Source of the DNA: an uncultured archaeon
GTDB lineage: Archaea > Asgardarchaeota > Thorarchaeia > Thorarchaeales > Thorarchaeaceae
Length of the DNA stretch: 64,000 bases
Direction: 5' to 3'
Assembly: GCA_964610875.1 (NCBI GenBank)
Contig: CAZSWP010000017.1
Location: forward strand, 1 to 64,000
In this document: positions 10,205 to 18,840 of the stretch, in pieces
Layout: each line of letters opens with the position of its first letter
Numbering within the stretch: the stretch's first letter is position 1
Program-made: the position numbers and the translations under genes
The notes under the pieces: model-generated
Told to the model about the DNA's origin: nothing
What the model saw: only the letters and a program-made list of their open reading frames with translations
The model's database searches: none

Positions 10205-10846
10205 CTAGTTATGTAATGGATTGCCATCAAGAACAATTTCAACGTCATCACTCAGAAGCGATCTTTGTACTACTCTAAGTCTATTATTAGATAGGTCAAC
10301 ATTGTTGAGTTTTTCACAACTAGCTAAGGGATTCAGATCCACTTCACAAATTTGGTTTGCACTGAGATTGAGTTCAGAGAGACTCGAACATGAAGAGAGT
10401 GGTCCAAGATCAATGGAATCTATTTGATTTTCTTTCAAGTACAGACCAACTAGATTTTTACATGAACTAAGAGGTCCAAGATCTATCTCAATAAGCTCAT
10501 TTCTATTAAGAGAGATTGCATGTAGGTTCGTACAATATTTAATTGGGGTCAAATCAATGCAACGGAGTTTATTTCCAAAAAGATGCAAGTATCGCAGATT
10601 CTCACATGTTGCTAGAGGTTCCAAATCAATCTCAATTATATCATTAAGTCCTAGTTTCAATGAACGAAGTTCAGTGTGACCCGCAAGAGAATGCAAATTG
10701 ATTGACTGAATCATGCTTCTCGTTAGACTGACTTCTTCAGCAGCTGGGGCGACCTTTACCTCCCCCTTTCCATCTGCTGTTTCCATCTTGAGAATAAGTA
10801 AATCTGAATCATCCGAGTTCATTATATTTCCCAACACATCTATCAT
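10205..10846 (-). CDS. Leucine-rich repeat protein
   Basis: Repeats LxxLxLxxNxI/LxxIDLxPLxxC. Confidence 0.9.
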   Translation of the reverse strand: MIDVLGNIMNSDDSDLLILKMETADGKGEVKVAPAAEEVSLTRSMIQSINLHSLAGHTELRSLKLGLNDIIEIDLEPLATCENLRYLHLFGNKLRCIDLTPIKYCTNLHAISLNRNELIEIDLGPLSSCKNLVGLYLKENQIDSIDLGPLSSCSSLSELNLSANQICEVDLNPLASCEKLNNVDLSNNRLRVVQRSLLSDDVEIVLDGNPLHN

Positions 10847-10910
10847 CTAGAAGGTCGCTTATGTTTGAGCTATTTGCTTCTTCAATACACACATATTTCA
10901 ATCCGCCTCT

Positions 10911-11315
10911 TTGATGCATTGGATTCAAGGAGTGAATCAAATGATCACTGGTATAGATGTTGTGTATCTTCACGTTATAGACCATATCAAGATGGCTAAT
11001 TGGTATCGTGATGTCTTAGGTTTGAAGATTGGATTTCGTACCGATGATAAGCATTGGCAGGAGTTCCAATTCCAAAAAGAGAGAAGCCCGACAAGGTTCG
11101 CATTAGACGCAGTTGACAAACGCCCCTCTAAGATTGAGAAGCAGAGAGCTATGATATCATTCTCTGTGGAGGACATCAACCAATTTGTTGAATCAATGAA
11201 GTCTAAGAACACGGAATTCTATGGCGAGCCAAAGATTGTTGATACCGGTCGTACGCTGTTTGCAACTGCAAGAGACCCTGAAGGCAACTGGATTCAATTT
11301 AGTCAGAGAAAATAG
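10911..11315 (+). CDS. VOC/glyoxalase family protein
   Basis: WYRDVLGLK, ISFSVEDI, RDPEGNWIQF. Confidence 0.9.
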   Translation: MMHWIQGVNQMITGIDVVYLHVIDHIKMANWYRDVLGLKIGFRTDDKHWQEFQFQKERSPTRFALDAVDKRPSKIEKQRAMISFSVEDINQFVESMKSKNTEFYGEPKIVDTGRTLFATARDPEGNWIQFSQRK

Positions 11316-11337
11316 ACCTCTCCACCTACTCATGAGA

Positions 11338-11916
11338 TTATTTCTTGCCCTTCTTCTTATCTTCAACTTCAATCATGAGTTTTGTAAGGTCCATGAAGGT
11401 TTCATTGATGTTCTCGCCAGTAAGTGCTGATGTTTCTTTGAAGATTACAGGTACTCCCAACTTTTCGCCGTAATCCTTTGAGAACTGCAAACCCTCTAAT
11501 GGTGAAACTCTCTCCCTCTCTGGAACTGAGTCTCGCAAGTCTATCTTGTTGCCAATCACTGCACTAGGAGGTAGATCACCTCTGTTCCTGTAAGCCTCAA
11601 TAAGCCATTTTGAACTGTTATAGAAAGAATCGCGGTCTACAACTGAATATACCAGGATGATTCCACTTGAACCTGAATAGTAGTGATTTCGTACATTATC
11701 AAAAGATGGTTGACCTGCCAAGTCCCAGATAACAAGTCTCACGGTTATTGGTCCGATATTGAGGTACCTCTGAGCAAAATCAACTCCGATGGTTGCAAGA
11801 TGTTCACGAATAAAACTGCCACCCATGTAGCGACGTCTTATCGACGTCTTCCCGACAGCTCCCTCTCCAATGAGAACTAGCTTGAACATCCTATCTCCAG
11901 GTTGACCAAAGATCAT
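11338..11916 (-). CDS. Rab-like small GTPase
   Basis: G1 GEGAVGKT, G2 TIGVDF, G3 WDLAGQ, G4 NKID, G5 ETSA. Confidence 0.95.
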   Translation of the reverse strand: MIFGQPGDRMFKLVLIGEGAVGKTSIRRRYMGGSFIREHLATIGVDFAQRYLNIGPITVRLVIWDLAGQPSFDNVRNHYYSGSSGIILVYSVVDRDSFYNSSKWLIEAYRNRGDLPPSAVIGNKIDLRDSVPERERVSPLEGLQFSKDYGEKLGVPVIFKETSALTGENINETFMDLTKLMIEVEDKKKGKK

Positions 11917-12064
11917 CTTGCATTCCCCTCATTTGGCGTGTGAGAATATTCTCTCAGTGTAAGCACTCGCCTATAAGTCGATTCAACCTATCATAATTGG
12001 ATAAAATAAATGATTCTTGCTTGACCAAAGGCTTCTTAACTGATATTAACAATAGTAAATAAGT

Positions 12065-12715
12065 GTGTGGAAAATGGAAGTTGTATTTGACTACGGAGAA
12101 GTTCTTGAGTATATTGACAAAATTTACCGTGACAGTGATTATCCGCGAATGAATGAGTTTATTGAGAAATCCGGTGTCGAGGATTTTGATCCTACAATTG
12201 AAGATGACATCGCTAGGGTATTCAGATTATTGATGACTCTCACCCGTCCGAAGAAAGTACTGGAAATTGGAATGAGTATAGGCTTTTCAACAACAATTCT
12301 TGCTCTTGCCGTGAAGGACTTTGGCGGAAAAGTGACATCATTAGAATTGGACCCAGATATTGCTGAAGTTGCAAAGAAGAACTTCGAGCGGATTGGAATA
12401 CAAGACACTATTGAAGTAAAGATCGGTGATGCTAGCAATTTGTTGAAGGAGATACCAGATGAGAGTTTTGATGTGGTCTTCCAGGACTCCTCGAAGCGAC
12501 TCTATCCCGTAATGTTGGAAGATTGTCTAAGGGTGTTGAAGAAAGGTGGTATTTTTCTCATTGATGACACACTATTTCCAGTTATGACGCCAGAAGATGA
12601 TTGGAGCGAGTCTGATCGAGCCATTGATGAATTTAATCGAGACTTATTGAAGTACGATGTTGAGAGTGTATTGCTACCAATTGGTGAAGGCCTAACGGTA
12701 GTTGTCAAGAAATAG
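12065..12715 (+). CDS. O-methyltransferase (caffeoyl-CoA/YrrM-like family)
   Basis: PKKVLEIGMSIGFST, GDA, FDVVFQDS, LLPIGEGL. Confidence 0.9.
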   Translation: MWKMEVVFDYGEVLEYIDKIYRDSDYPRMNEFIEKSGVEDFDPTIEDDIARVFRLLMTLTRPKKVLEIGMSIGFSTTILALAVKDFGGKVTSLELDPDIAEVAKKNFERIGIQDTIEVKIGDASNLLKEIPDESFDVVFQDSSKRLYPVMLEDCLRVLKKGGIFLIDDTLFPVMTPEDDWSESDRAIDEFNRDLLKYDVESVLLPIGEGLTVVVKK

Positions 12716-12720
12716 AAACA

Positions 12721-12873
12721 TCATTTGACATCATCAGTGGGGTGATTATCATCACATCTTTGTGGTGGTTTGGTTTTGTCCTTCCAGCAGTCAATGCATA
12801 TTCTTCGTCCTGATTCTACTCTCTTTCCATATCGTAGAATTGTTGTACAGTGTTCACAGGACATGAATCTCAT
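12721..12873 (-). CDS. Small zinc-finger protein, 50 aa (below ORF-track cutoff)
   Basis: Hand translation MRFMSCEHCTTILRYGKRVESGRRICIDCWKDKTKPPQRCDDNHPTDDVK; two CxxC pairs. Confidence 0.55.
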   Translation of the reverse strand: MRFMSCEHCTTILRYGKRVESGRRICIDCWKDKTKPPQRCDDNHPTDDVK

Positions 12874-12925
12874 TTCAAATCATATAATTTCAATTCTTGG
12901 TTTTGTGATGAAATCCATGATGATA

Positions 12926-13087
12926 CTAACTTTTCCTTATTGTCAGAACAACTACTGCCAATATCACAACAACCTCAAGCCCATCTCCAATAAGGAGAAC
13001 TTCGATTGGAAATGGTGTCGTTTCTGGCTCATAGTCGTTGGTGATATTTCTCACATCGGTTCTACGTAAGTTCCATCTAGTCTGCAT
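12926..13087 (-). other. 53-codon ORF or gene remnant resembling a C-terminal membrane anchor
   Basis: MQTRWNLRRTDVRNITNDYEPETTPFPIEVLLIGDGLEVVVILAVVVLTIRKS resembles the tail of 18841-23562 (FDPIQLLLIGSIVGVVIIVVLVFLLKQRK). Confidence 0.45.
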
Positions 13088-13156
13088 TACTGATTCTTGG
13101 AATTAACATTCATTTGAATAAATAGAAGCCCTATAGAAAGATACTTCTAAGACTTA

Positions 13157-13693
13157 GTGATTCGCATTGGCAGAGAGGCAAACTTGATAATGGATGAAGA
13201 TAGAATTTCGATACGCGGATTGGGCATACTCTTCATTGTCTTGATAATAGTGAGTATTTTTTCATTCATTTTGTCCAGTATTGAGGGATTCTTAACTGGT
13301 GTTGTTGTAATCTTCATCGGATTCCTGTTGAGTTTCTTTCGAGATGATATCAAGAGTTTCTTAGGTATTTCTAAGGAAAAAGCCAAACCTGCTCCAATAG
13401 AAATCAAAAAAGATGATCCTATTACATACATCGAGAAGGGTATTGCGAAAGGTAGGAAGAAGCTAACCAAAGCGATTGTGAAGAATGAATCAGAATATAG
13501 CCCCGAAAAGAAAAAGAAGAGATCTCAAGATATCTTCTTTGAAGCATCTACACTTCTCACAGTACTTAATCAGGCTAAGGGATATGCTATCCAGAAAGGC
13601 AATCCTGAACTTGTTAGACATTATGAGGAGTTAATACGAGAGGTCGAAGCACAAAGGGATGCTGCTGCACAACAATTGAACATGGATGAATAG
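13157..13693 (+). CDS. Hypothetical membrane protein (2 TM plus helical cytosolic domain)
   Basis: Two N-terminal hydrophobic helices, then a charged helical region. Confidence 0.7.
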   Translation: MIRIGREANLIMDEDRISIRGLGILFIVLIIVSIFSFILSSIEGFLTGVVVIFIGFLLSFFRDDIKSFLGISKEKAKPAPIEIKKDDPITYIEKGIAKGRKKLTKAIVKNESEYSPEKKKKRSQDIFFEASTLLTVLNQAKGYAIQKGNPELVRHYEELIREVEAQRDAAAQQLNMDE

Positions 13694-13828
13694 CATCTTC
13701 AAATGGTACTCGCAACCCATCAGCTCTATGCTAGTGTTCTATTTCATTGATTTAGCCGGTTCTTAGATATGTTTACAGAGTCCTTTGTGAGTTTATTCTC
13801 TTCATTCATTGGAACTGCATGAAGAGTA

Positions 13829-14299
13829 TTACTCTGGTTTGAAGTATTCTATATCTGTAAGACCGCCTTTCCTTTGTGACTTGTCCTTCAGAACTGCAGT
13901 TACACGCATACCAATTTTTATATCACTGGTATCAATATCGCCAAGGTGGTGAATAAGCCCACCGTCGGTTTTATCAATCCTGATGAAAGCTACTGCAACA
14001 GGTTTAGCTAGCTTTTCGCCGTTTCTGTCCTCATATGTCACTGTATATGTATCAACGACACCATTTGTTGGAACATCCAAGTAGTCTTCAAGGCTTTCGA
14101 AACACCGTTCACAGTACATTCGGGGAGGCATGTAAGTAATACCACATTCTTTGCATGGTGTGGCAAGCATCTTTCCTTCATCCCTAAGTGCTTTGAAGAA
14201 CTTCTCACCAGCTACACCTGCAGTATAGATATAGTCAGCCTCCATATCTCCTACAAGATGGCGAAGTTTCAATGGATTCGTTATTTTATCGAACGACAA
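13829..14299 (-). CDS. DUF35 Zn-ribbon/OB-fold protein
   Basis: CKECG..YMPPRMYCERC, GVVDTYT, IKIGMRVTAV. Confidence 0.92.
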   Translation of the reverse strand: MSFDKITNPLKLRHLVGDMEADYIYTAGVAGEKFFKALRDEGKMLATPCKECGITYMPPRMYCERCFESLEDYLDVPTNGVVDTYTVTYEDRNGEKLAKPVAVAFIRIDKTDGGLIHHLGDIDTSDIKIGMRVTAVLKDKSQRKGGLTDIEYFKPE

Positions 14300-14301
14300 T
14301 T

Positions 14302-14817
14302 TTAGTCCTCCTCCAATGGTTCAAAATATGCAATGTCTCTAACAGACCCAACTCTCTCTTCCTCGGGCTTCCACACTGCACGGAGTTTCATTCCAATGTG
14401 CAAATCATCGGGTTTGCAGTTTCCTACAAGGTGGAGAATGCCAACACCTTCGCTTGCTCCATCAATATCAATAACTGCAACAAGAATTGGTTCTTCTATT
14501 CTGTTCGCATCAGCATCGAGATAGGATATAGAGTAGGTATTTATTGTTCCTGTATCTTTGACCTGAACCCACTCATCTGTGGAACGGAAACATTGCTCAC
14601 AGAACATTCTGGGAGGTACTATTATACGCCCACATTCTCGACAACCGCGTCCAATGATTTTCCCTTCTTTTAAGCCCTCTAAGAACTTACTATATGCAAT
14701 ACCTGCACTCCAGACATATTTTGCATTAGGCCGCCACCAGAATGCAATTGCATCATCTGCTTTGAGTTCAGAGTCACGAAGGTAGACACCGGGAACTTCT
14801 TTCATTTTCTCACTCAT
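14302..14817 (-). CDS. DUF35 Zn-ribbon/OB-fold protein
   Basis: CRECGRIIVPPRMFCEQC, GTINTYS, LHIGMKLRAVW; start moved to MSEKMKE to avoid overlap. Confidence 0.92.
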   Translation of the reverse strand: MSEKMKEVPGVYLRDSELKADDAIAFWWRPNAKYVWSAGIAYSKFLEGLKEGKIIGRGCRECGRIIVPPRMFCEQCFRSTDEWVQVKDTGTINTYSISYLDADANRIEEPILVAVIDIDGASEGVGILHLVGNCKPDDLHIGMKLRAVWKPEEERVGSVRDIAYFEPLEED

Positions 14818-14822
14818 CTCTT

Positions 14823-15986
14823 TCATCTCCTGAATACAGTAACTGTACCAACTTGCATGAGGTCTCCCCATGCTTGGCACACACCAGTTTCTGCTCCATC
14901 TACTTGCCGTTTACCAGCCTCATTTCTCAATTGCCAGAATGCCTCACAGCATTTCATCAATCCGGCTGCTGCTATGGGATTGCCAACTCCTAAGAGACCA
15001 CCCGAAGGACATATCGGAAGATCACCATCACGTTGAGTTACACCCTCAGCTGTGAGTTTGGGAGCTTGCCCTTTTTCAGCCAGAAGTAAGCCTTCCATAT
15101 GATGCAATTCTTTGTAGGTGAACGGATCATATGGCTCAGCAAAATCAACCTCTTTCGGAGGGTTATCGATTTTAGCCATCTTATAAGCCATCTTAGCCGC
15201 TTCAGCAACATATTGTGGGAAGTAGAGGTCTCTATTTGTCCAGTAGGAACTGTCAAGTGACCAGCCTACGCCATCAAGCCAAACAGGAGAATCAGTGTAC
15301 TTCTTTGCAACATCCTCCGAAGCTAGAATCAGAGCGGCAGCACCATCACTCGGTGGACTGATATCCAATCGTTGAACTGGCCAGACCATAGTTTCAGAAT
15401 TCATAACATCCTCAACAGTTATCTTGGCAGCCAATTGAGCACTTGGATGATCAAGAGCATTACCTTTGTTCTTTACGGCAACCTCAGCAATGTGTTCCTT
15501 TGGAATATTATGTTTCTGCATGTAACGATTCATTTCCAAGGCGAAAATCCAGACAAGATTCGGATTTAGAGGTCTAGTTATTATTGGATCCCAAATTGTA
15601 CGGAATGCTGTCTGAGGATGTGGTTGACATGGACTCATTTTCTCTTCAGCAACAACAAGACATGTATCAAACAGACCTGAAGCTACATGCCACCAACCTG
15701 CTATAGGTGAGAATACACCAGTGCCACCACCAACGAACGGTCTCATATATGGTCTTCCAACACCACCAGCACCATCCAATAGATTCTCTGATTTCATGTG
15801 GATACCATCAAAAGCATCTGGAGCAGTACCCATGACTACACTCTCAATTTCACTAAGATTCATCTCAGCAGAATCAAGTGCCATCTTAGATGCATGATAT
15901 GACAGTTCTTTGCCAGTTTCTTTCAATCTCCGCCTGAAAAGTGTGATTCCGGCTCCAATAACTGCTACTCGTTTCTTTTTCGTCAT
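14823..15986 (-). CDS. Thiolase-superfamily protein (SCP2/Ltp3-like, lacks nucleophilic Cys)
   Basis: RVAVIGAG, VAVKNKGNA, SDGAAALIL, EPYDPF, PSGGLLGVGNPIAAAG; GGAGGAG SD-like sequence upstream of MTKKK. Confidence 0.9.
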   Translation of the reverse strand: MTKKKRVAVIGAGITLFRRRLKETGKELSYHASKMALDSAEMNLSEIESVVMGTAPDAFDGIHMKSENLLDGAGGVGRPYMRPFVGGGTGVFSPIAGWWHVASGLFDTCLVVAEEKMSPCQPHPQTAFRTIWDPIITRPLNPNLVWIFALEMNRYMQKHNIPKEHIAEVAVKNKGNALDHPSAQLAAKITVEDVMNSETMVWPVQRLDISPPSDGAAALILASEDVAKKYTDSPVWLDGVGWSLDSSYWTNRDLYFPQYVAEAAKMAYKMAKIDNPPKEVDFAEPYDPFTYKELHHMEGLLLAEKGQAPKLTAEGVTQRDGDLPICPSGGLLGVGNPIAAAGLMKCCEAFWQLRNEAGKRQVDGAETGVCQAWGDLMQVGTVTVFRR

Positions 15987-15999
15987 TGTCCATCTCCTC

Positions 16000-17151
16000 C
16001 TATTTTTCACTCCCGAGGACCAGCATGCTGCCTGTTGCAGTTGGAACACCACGCCAAGATTGGGCAACTGCTGTATCTATATCATTCAATTGTCTCTTAC
16101 CTGCATGCCCTCTAAGTTGAAGAACACACTCTAATACTGATTGTAAAGAGGAAGCCTCGAGTAAGTTTCCTGCACCTAATCGACCACCGGAAATATTAAC
16201 GGGGATATCTCCATCTTTGTTAAGAGCTCCTTCTTCAAGCAGCTTGCCTGCTTCGCCTTTCTTACAAAGCCCAATAGCTTCCAAGTGCTGGAGTTCTTTG
16301 TATGAAAACCAATCATCTACTTCAAAGAGCCCAATTTCCTTTTTCGGATTTGAAATTCCTGCCATCTTGAACGCTTTTTCTGCAGTCTTGCGAGCGTAAA
16401 GAGCATCACTCCAATTCCGTGATTCTAACCATGGAGTTTCAGAAATCCAACTCATCCCATTCAGCCATATGGGATACTCTGAGAGTTCTTTGGCTTTCTC
16501 TTCTGAAGCGAGTACGAATACAATTGCACCGTCTGCTAATGGACTGATATCACGTTTTGTTAAGGGATCAGAAACCAGTTCTGCTTTCATCACCTCTTCA
16601 ACAGACATCACTGACGGGTATGCTGCAAGGGGATTATCCAAAGCATTTCTCTTGTTCTTAGTAACTACATGAGCACACTGTTCCCGGTTATTACCAGATT
16701 CAGAGAGCCATTTTTTCATCTCAAGTCCAGCTACAAAGAATGGATTCACATCCATGCTTCGATTGTATACTGGGTCAAGTGCATGAGTTACAATACCTGT
16801 GAATGATAACATATCAGATGCTTTGCTATGTGCTTCTACCGCGGCAATATCAAACAACCCTGTTTCAATCTGCATGGCTGCGGTTATCAATGCCTGCATT
16901 CCGTCTCCACTTATTGTACAGACCGAGCGAAGGACTGCACCTAGCTGGTCAGGTACGAACTCATCAAATATCGAGTAACCTTCCCAATAGTCCTCAGCAC
17001 CTGTAACGAAACTGCCTATATCTTTCCTAGGATTGACCCCAGCATCTTCATATGCTTTTAAGGCAGCTTCAAACATCTGTTCTTTGAAGGAAACGTCGGG
17101 TGTTGTACTCCTAAAATCAGTATGTCCAATTCCAATAATAGCAACTGTCAT
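16000..17151 (-). CDS. Thiolase-superfamily protein (Ltp4-like partner subunit)
   Basis: VAIIGIGHT, KNKRNA, ADGAIVFVL, EVDDWFSY, PVNISGG. Confidence 0.9.
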   Translation of the reverse strand: MTVAIIGIGHTDFRSTTPDVSFKEQMFEAALKAYEDAGVNPRKDIGSFVTGAEDYWEGYSIFDEFVPDQLGAVLRSVCTISGDGMQALITAAMQIETGLFDIAAVEAHSKASDMLSFTGIVTHALDPVYNRSMDVNPFFVAGLEMKKWLSESGNNREQCAHVVTKNKRNALDNPLAAYPSVMSVEEVMKAELVSDPLTKRDISPLADGAIVFVLASEEKAKELSEYPIWLNGMSWISETPWLESRNWSDALYARKTAEKAFKMAGISNPKKEIGLFEVDDWFSYKELQHLEAIGLCKKGEAGKLLEEGALNKDGDIPVNISGGRLGAGNLLEASSLQSVLECVLQLRGHAGKRQLNDIDTAVAQSWRGVPTATGSMLVLGSEK

Positions 17152-17269
17152 GGGAAGTACTTTCTCCTTCTCAAATTACCAAGCTTTCAACTTCCTAACC
17201 TTGGTGGATTTGGGAGGGATTGTAACCTCTATAAAGCCTTCCGGTAATTTGTGAGATACATTTTCAGCT

Positions 17270-17548
17270 TCAGTGAATCATCAACACATCTTCCTCTTTT
17301 GCAACATAGTAGTTGTAAATGAAGACAATAAGGAGACCAGGAATAGAGATACCTAGGGACACCAATGCAAGTTGGAATCTAAACAAACTGGGGTCAAGAG
17401 AATTATAAGTTAGCAGCCAGCCACCAAGAATGAAAATCAACGAGAAGATAACATAGAAGAAGCTGCGCCAGCTCTGTTTAAGTTTAGGCCTATTGGAAAC
17501 CTGCGTTTCAAAATCGGGACTTTCAATCGGCGTCCAGCTTCTAATCAC
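17270..17548 (-). CDS. Small two-TM membrane protein, possibly the 3' part of a decayed longer gene
   Basis: Two hydrophobic helices; upstream frame stays protein-like (EVLFDTSRLDVPDFHQWIEAEIEDEGN) up to an in-frame TGA. Confidence 0.45.
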   Translation of the reverse strand: MIRSWTPIESPDFETQVSNRPKLKQSWRSFFYVIFSLIFILGGWLLTYNSLDPSLFRFQLALVSLGISIPGLLIVFIYNYYVAKEEDVLMIH

Positions 17549-17929
17549 ATTGCCCTCATCTTCAATTTCAGCTTCGATCCATTGATGAAAATCAGGTACA
17601 TCTAATCGAGATGTATCAAAAAGTACTTCTCAAGTACTTAGGTCAAGTCCTTCAAGATACCATCTGGTAATTCTGACTTGTTATACACCTTACCTGTTAT
17701 GACTTCGAAACTCATACTCATACCCAAGAAGAATTCTGAAAAATTCGATATAGTTTTTTCGTGTCTAACTAAAACTAAGACAATAGACAAGATGCTTCAT
17801 CTTTTCCATAACCGGTCATAATTGAATAAAATTATTAATTTCTCACAATTGGCAATAAACACTTTTATGTTTTCAATAATCGATTCCAAAAAACTGGTAG
17901 AATGCTTTGACATGTATCCACTAGTAAAT

Positions 17930-18750
17930 ATGAGGAATACCAATGACAAAAAAAACTCAATGAAGAATCGTGGGACAAACTCTCGAAGCCATATCAATCA
18001 TCTAGGAGAATCTCTCTTGAAAACTACCATTACGGAGCATACGGTCCAGGTGAAAACGAACTCAAGATAATAGGAGATGTTTCTGGATTAGATATTCTGG
18101 AGGTAGGCTGTGGTGGAGGACAGAATTCCATCGTATTAAAAAAATGGGGAGCAAAATCAGTAGTGGGTATTGATATTTCTAATAAGCAAATTGAACACGC
18201 AAAAGATTTAGCAAAACAGAACAATGTTGATGTTGTTTTCATAAAACAAGACATGGATGATTTGTCGTGTTTCGAAAACCAGAAATTCGACCTTATTGTT
18301 TCATCACATGCAATCGGTTATGCTGAAGACTTTGATAAGGTCATGAGTGAGTGCAACCGCATTCTCAGAAAAGACGGACGTATTGTTGCATGTTTTGGGC
18401 ATCCCGTATGGCAGGTAATAGGAGAAGCAATGGCTAGAGAGGATTTTAGCAAAATTACCAGTTATTTCAAAAAAGATCGACTGGTTTGGGACTGGCCAGG
18501 TGCTGACAATAAACCCATAGCTACCTTTGAGGATTCCATTTTAACAATTAGTACTATTATGAATGGGATGATAGCAGCAGGATTCAAGATAATGAGAGTA
18601 GTTGAACCACACACGTATACCAAGCAGGAGATTCAAAGACTCCATCCTGATGCGATACCATACATAGACTATGAGCCACTAAATGAAGGATTCATTGCAA
18701 CAGGTCAGCTTCTACCCAGTGCTATAATAGTATCAGCAATAAATAATAGC
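17930..18750 (+). pseudogene. SAM methyltransferase paralog of 24431-25249, frameshifted at an A8 tract and lacking its stop codon
   Basis: Frame from 17956 reads LNEESWDKLSKPYQSSRRISLENYHYGAYGPGENELKIIGDVSGLDILEVGCGGGQNS (paralog NEDAWDSLSDYYQANTRISLENYHY...); candidate ATGs at 17930 and 17943 are out of frame across A8 17948-17955. Confidence 0.8.
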
Positions 18751-18840
18751 ATTACTTCGCTTAATACGACTGTACCTTTTGTTATTCAGAGGAAATATAT
18801 ACAACGAATACAAGGAAAAATGGAAAGGTCGCGTGGCACT

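Noticed and set aside
12770-13069. 99-aa plus-strand ORF
   Set aside because: No protein-like features; the minus strand carries more plausible small ORFs
17630-17632. In-frame TGA upstream of 17270-17548 as selenocysteine
   Set aside because: No redox-motif context or SECIS seen; further stops and a frameshift upstream indicate decay
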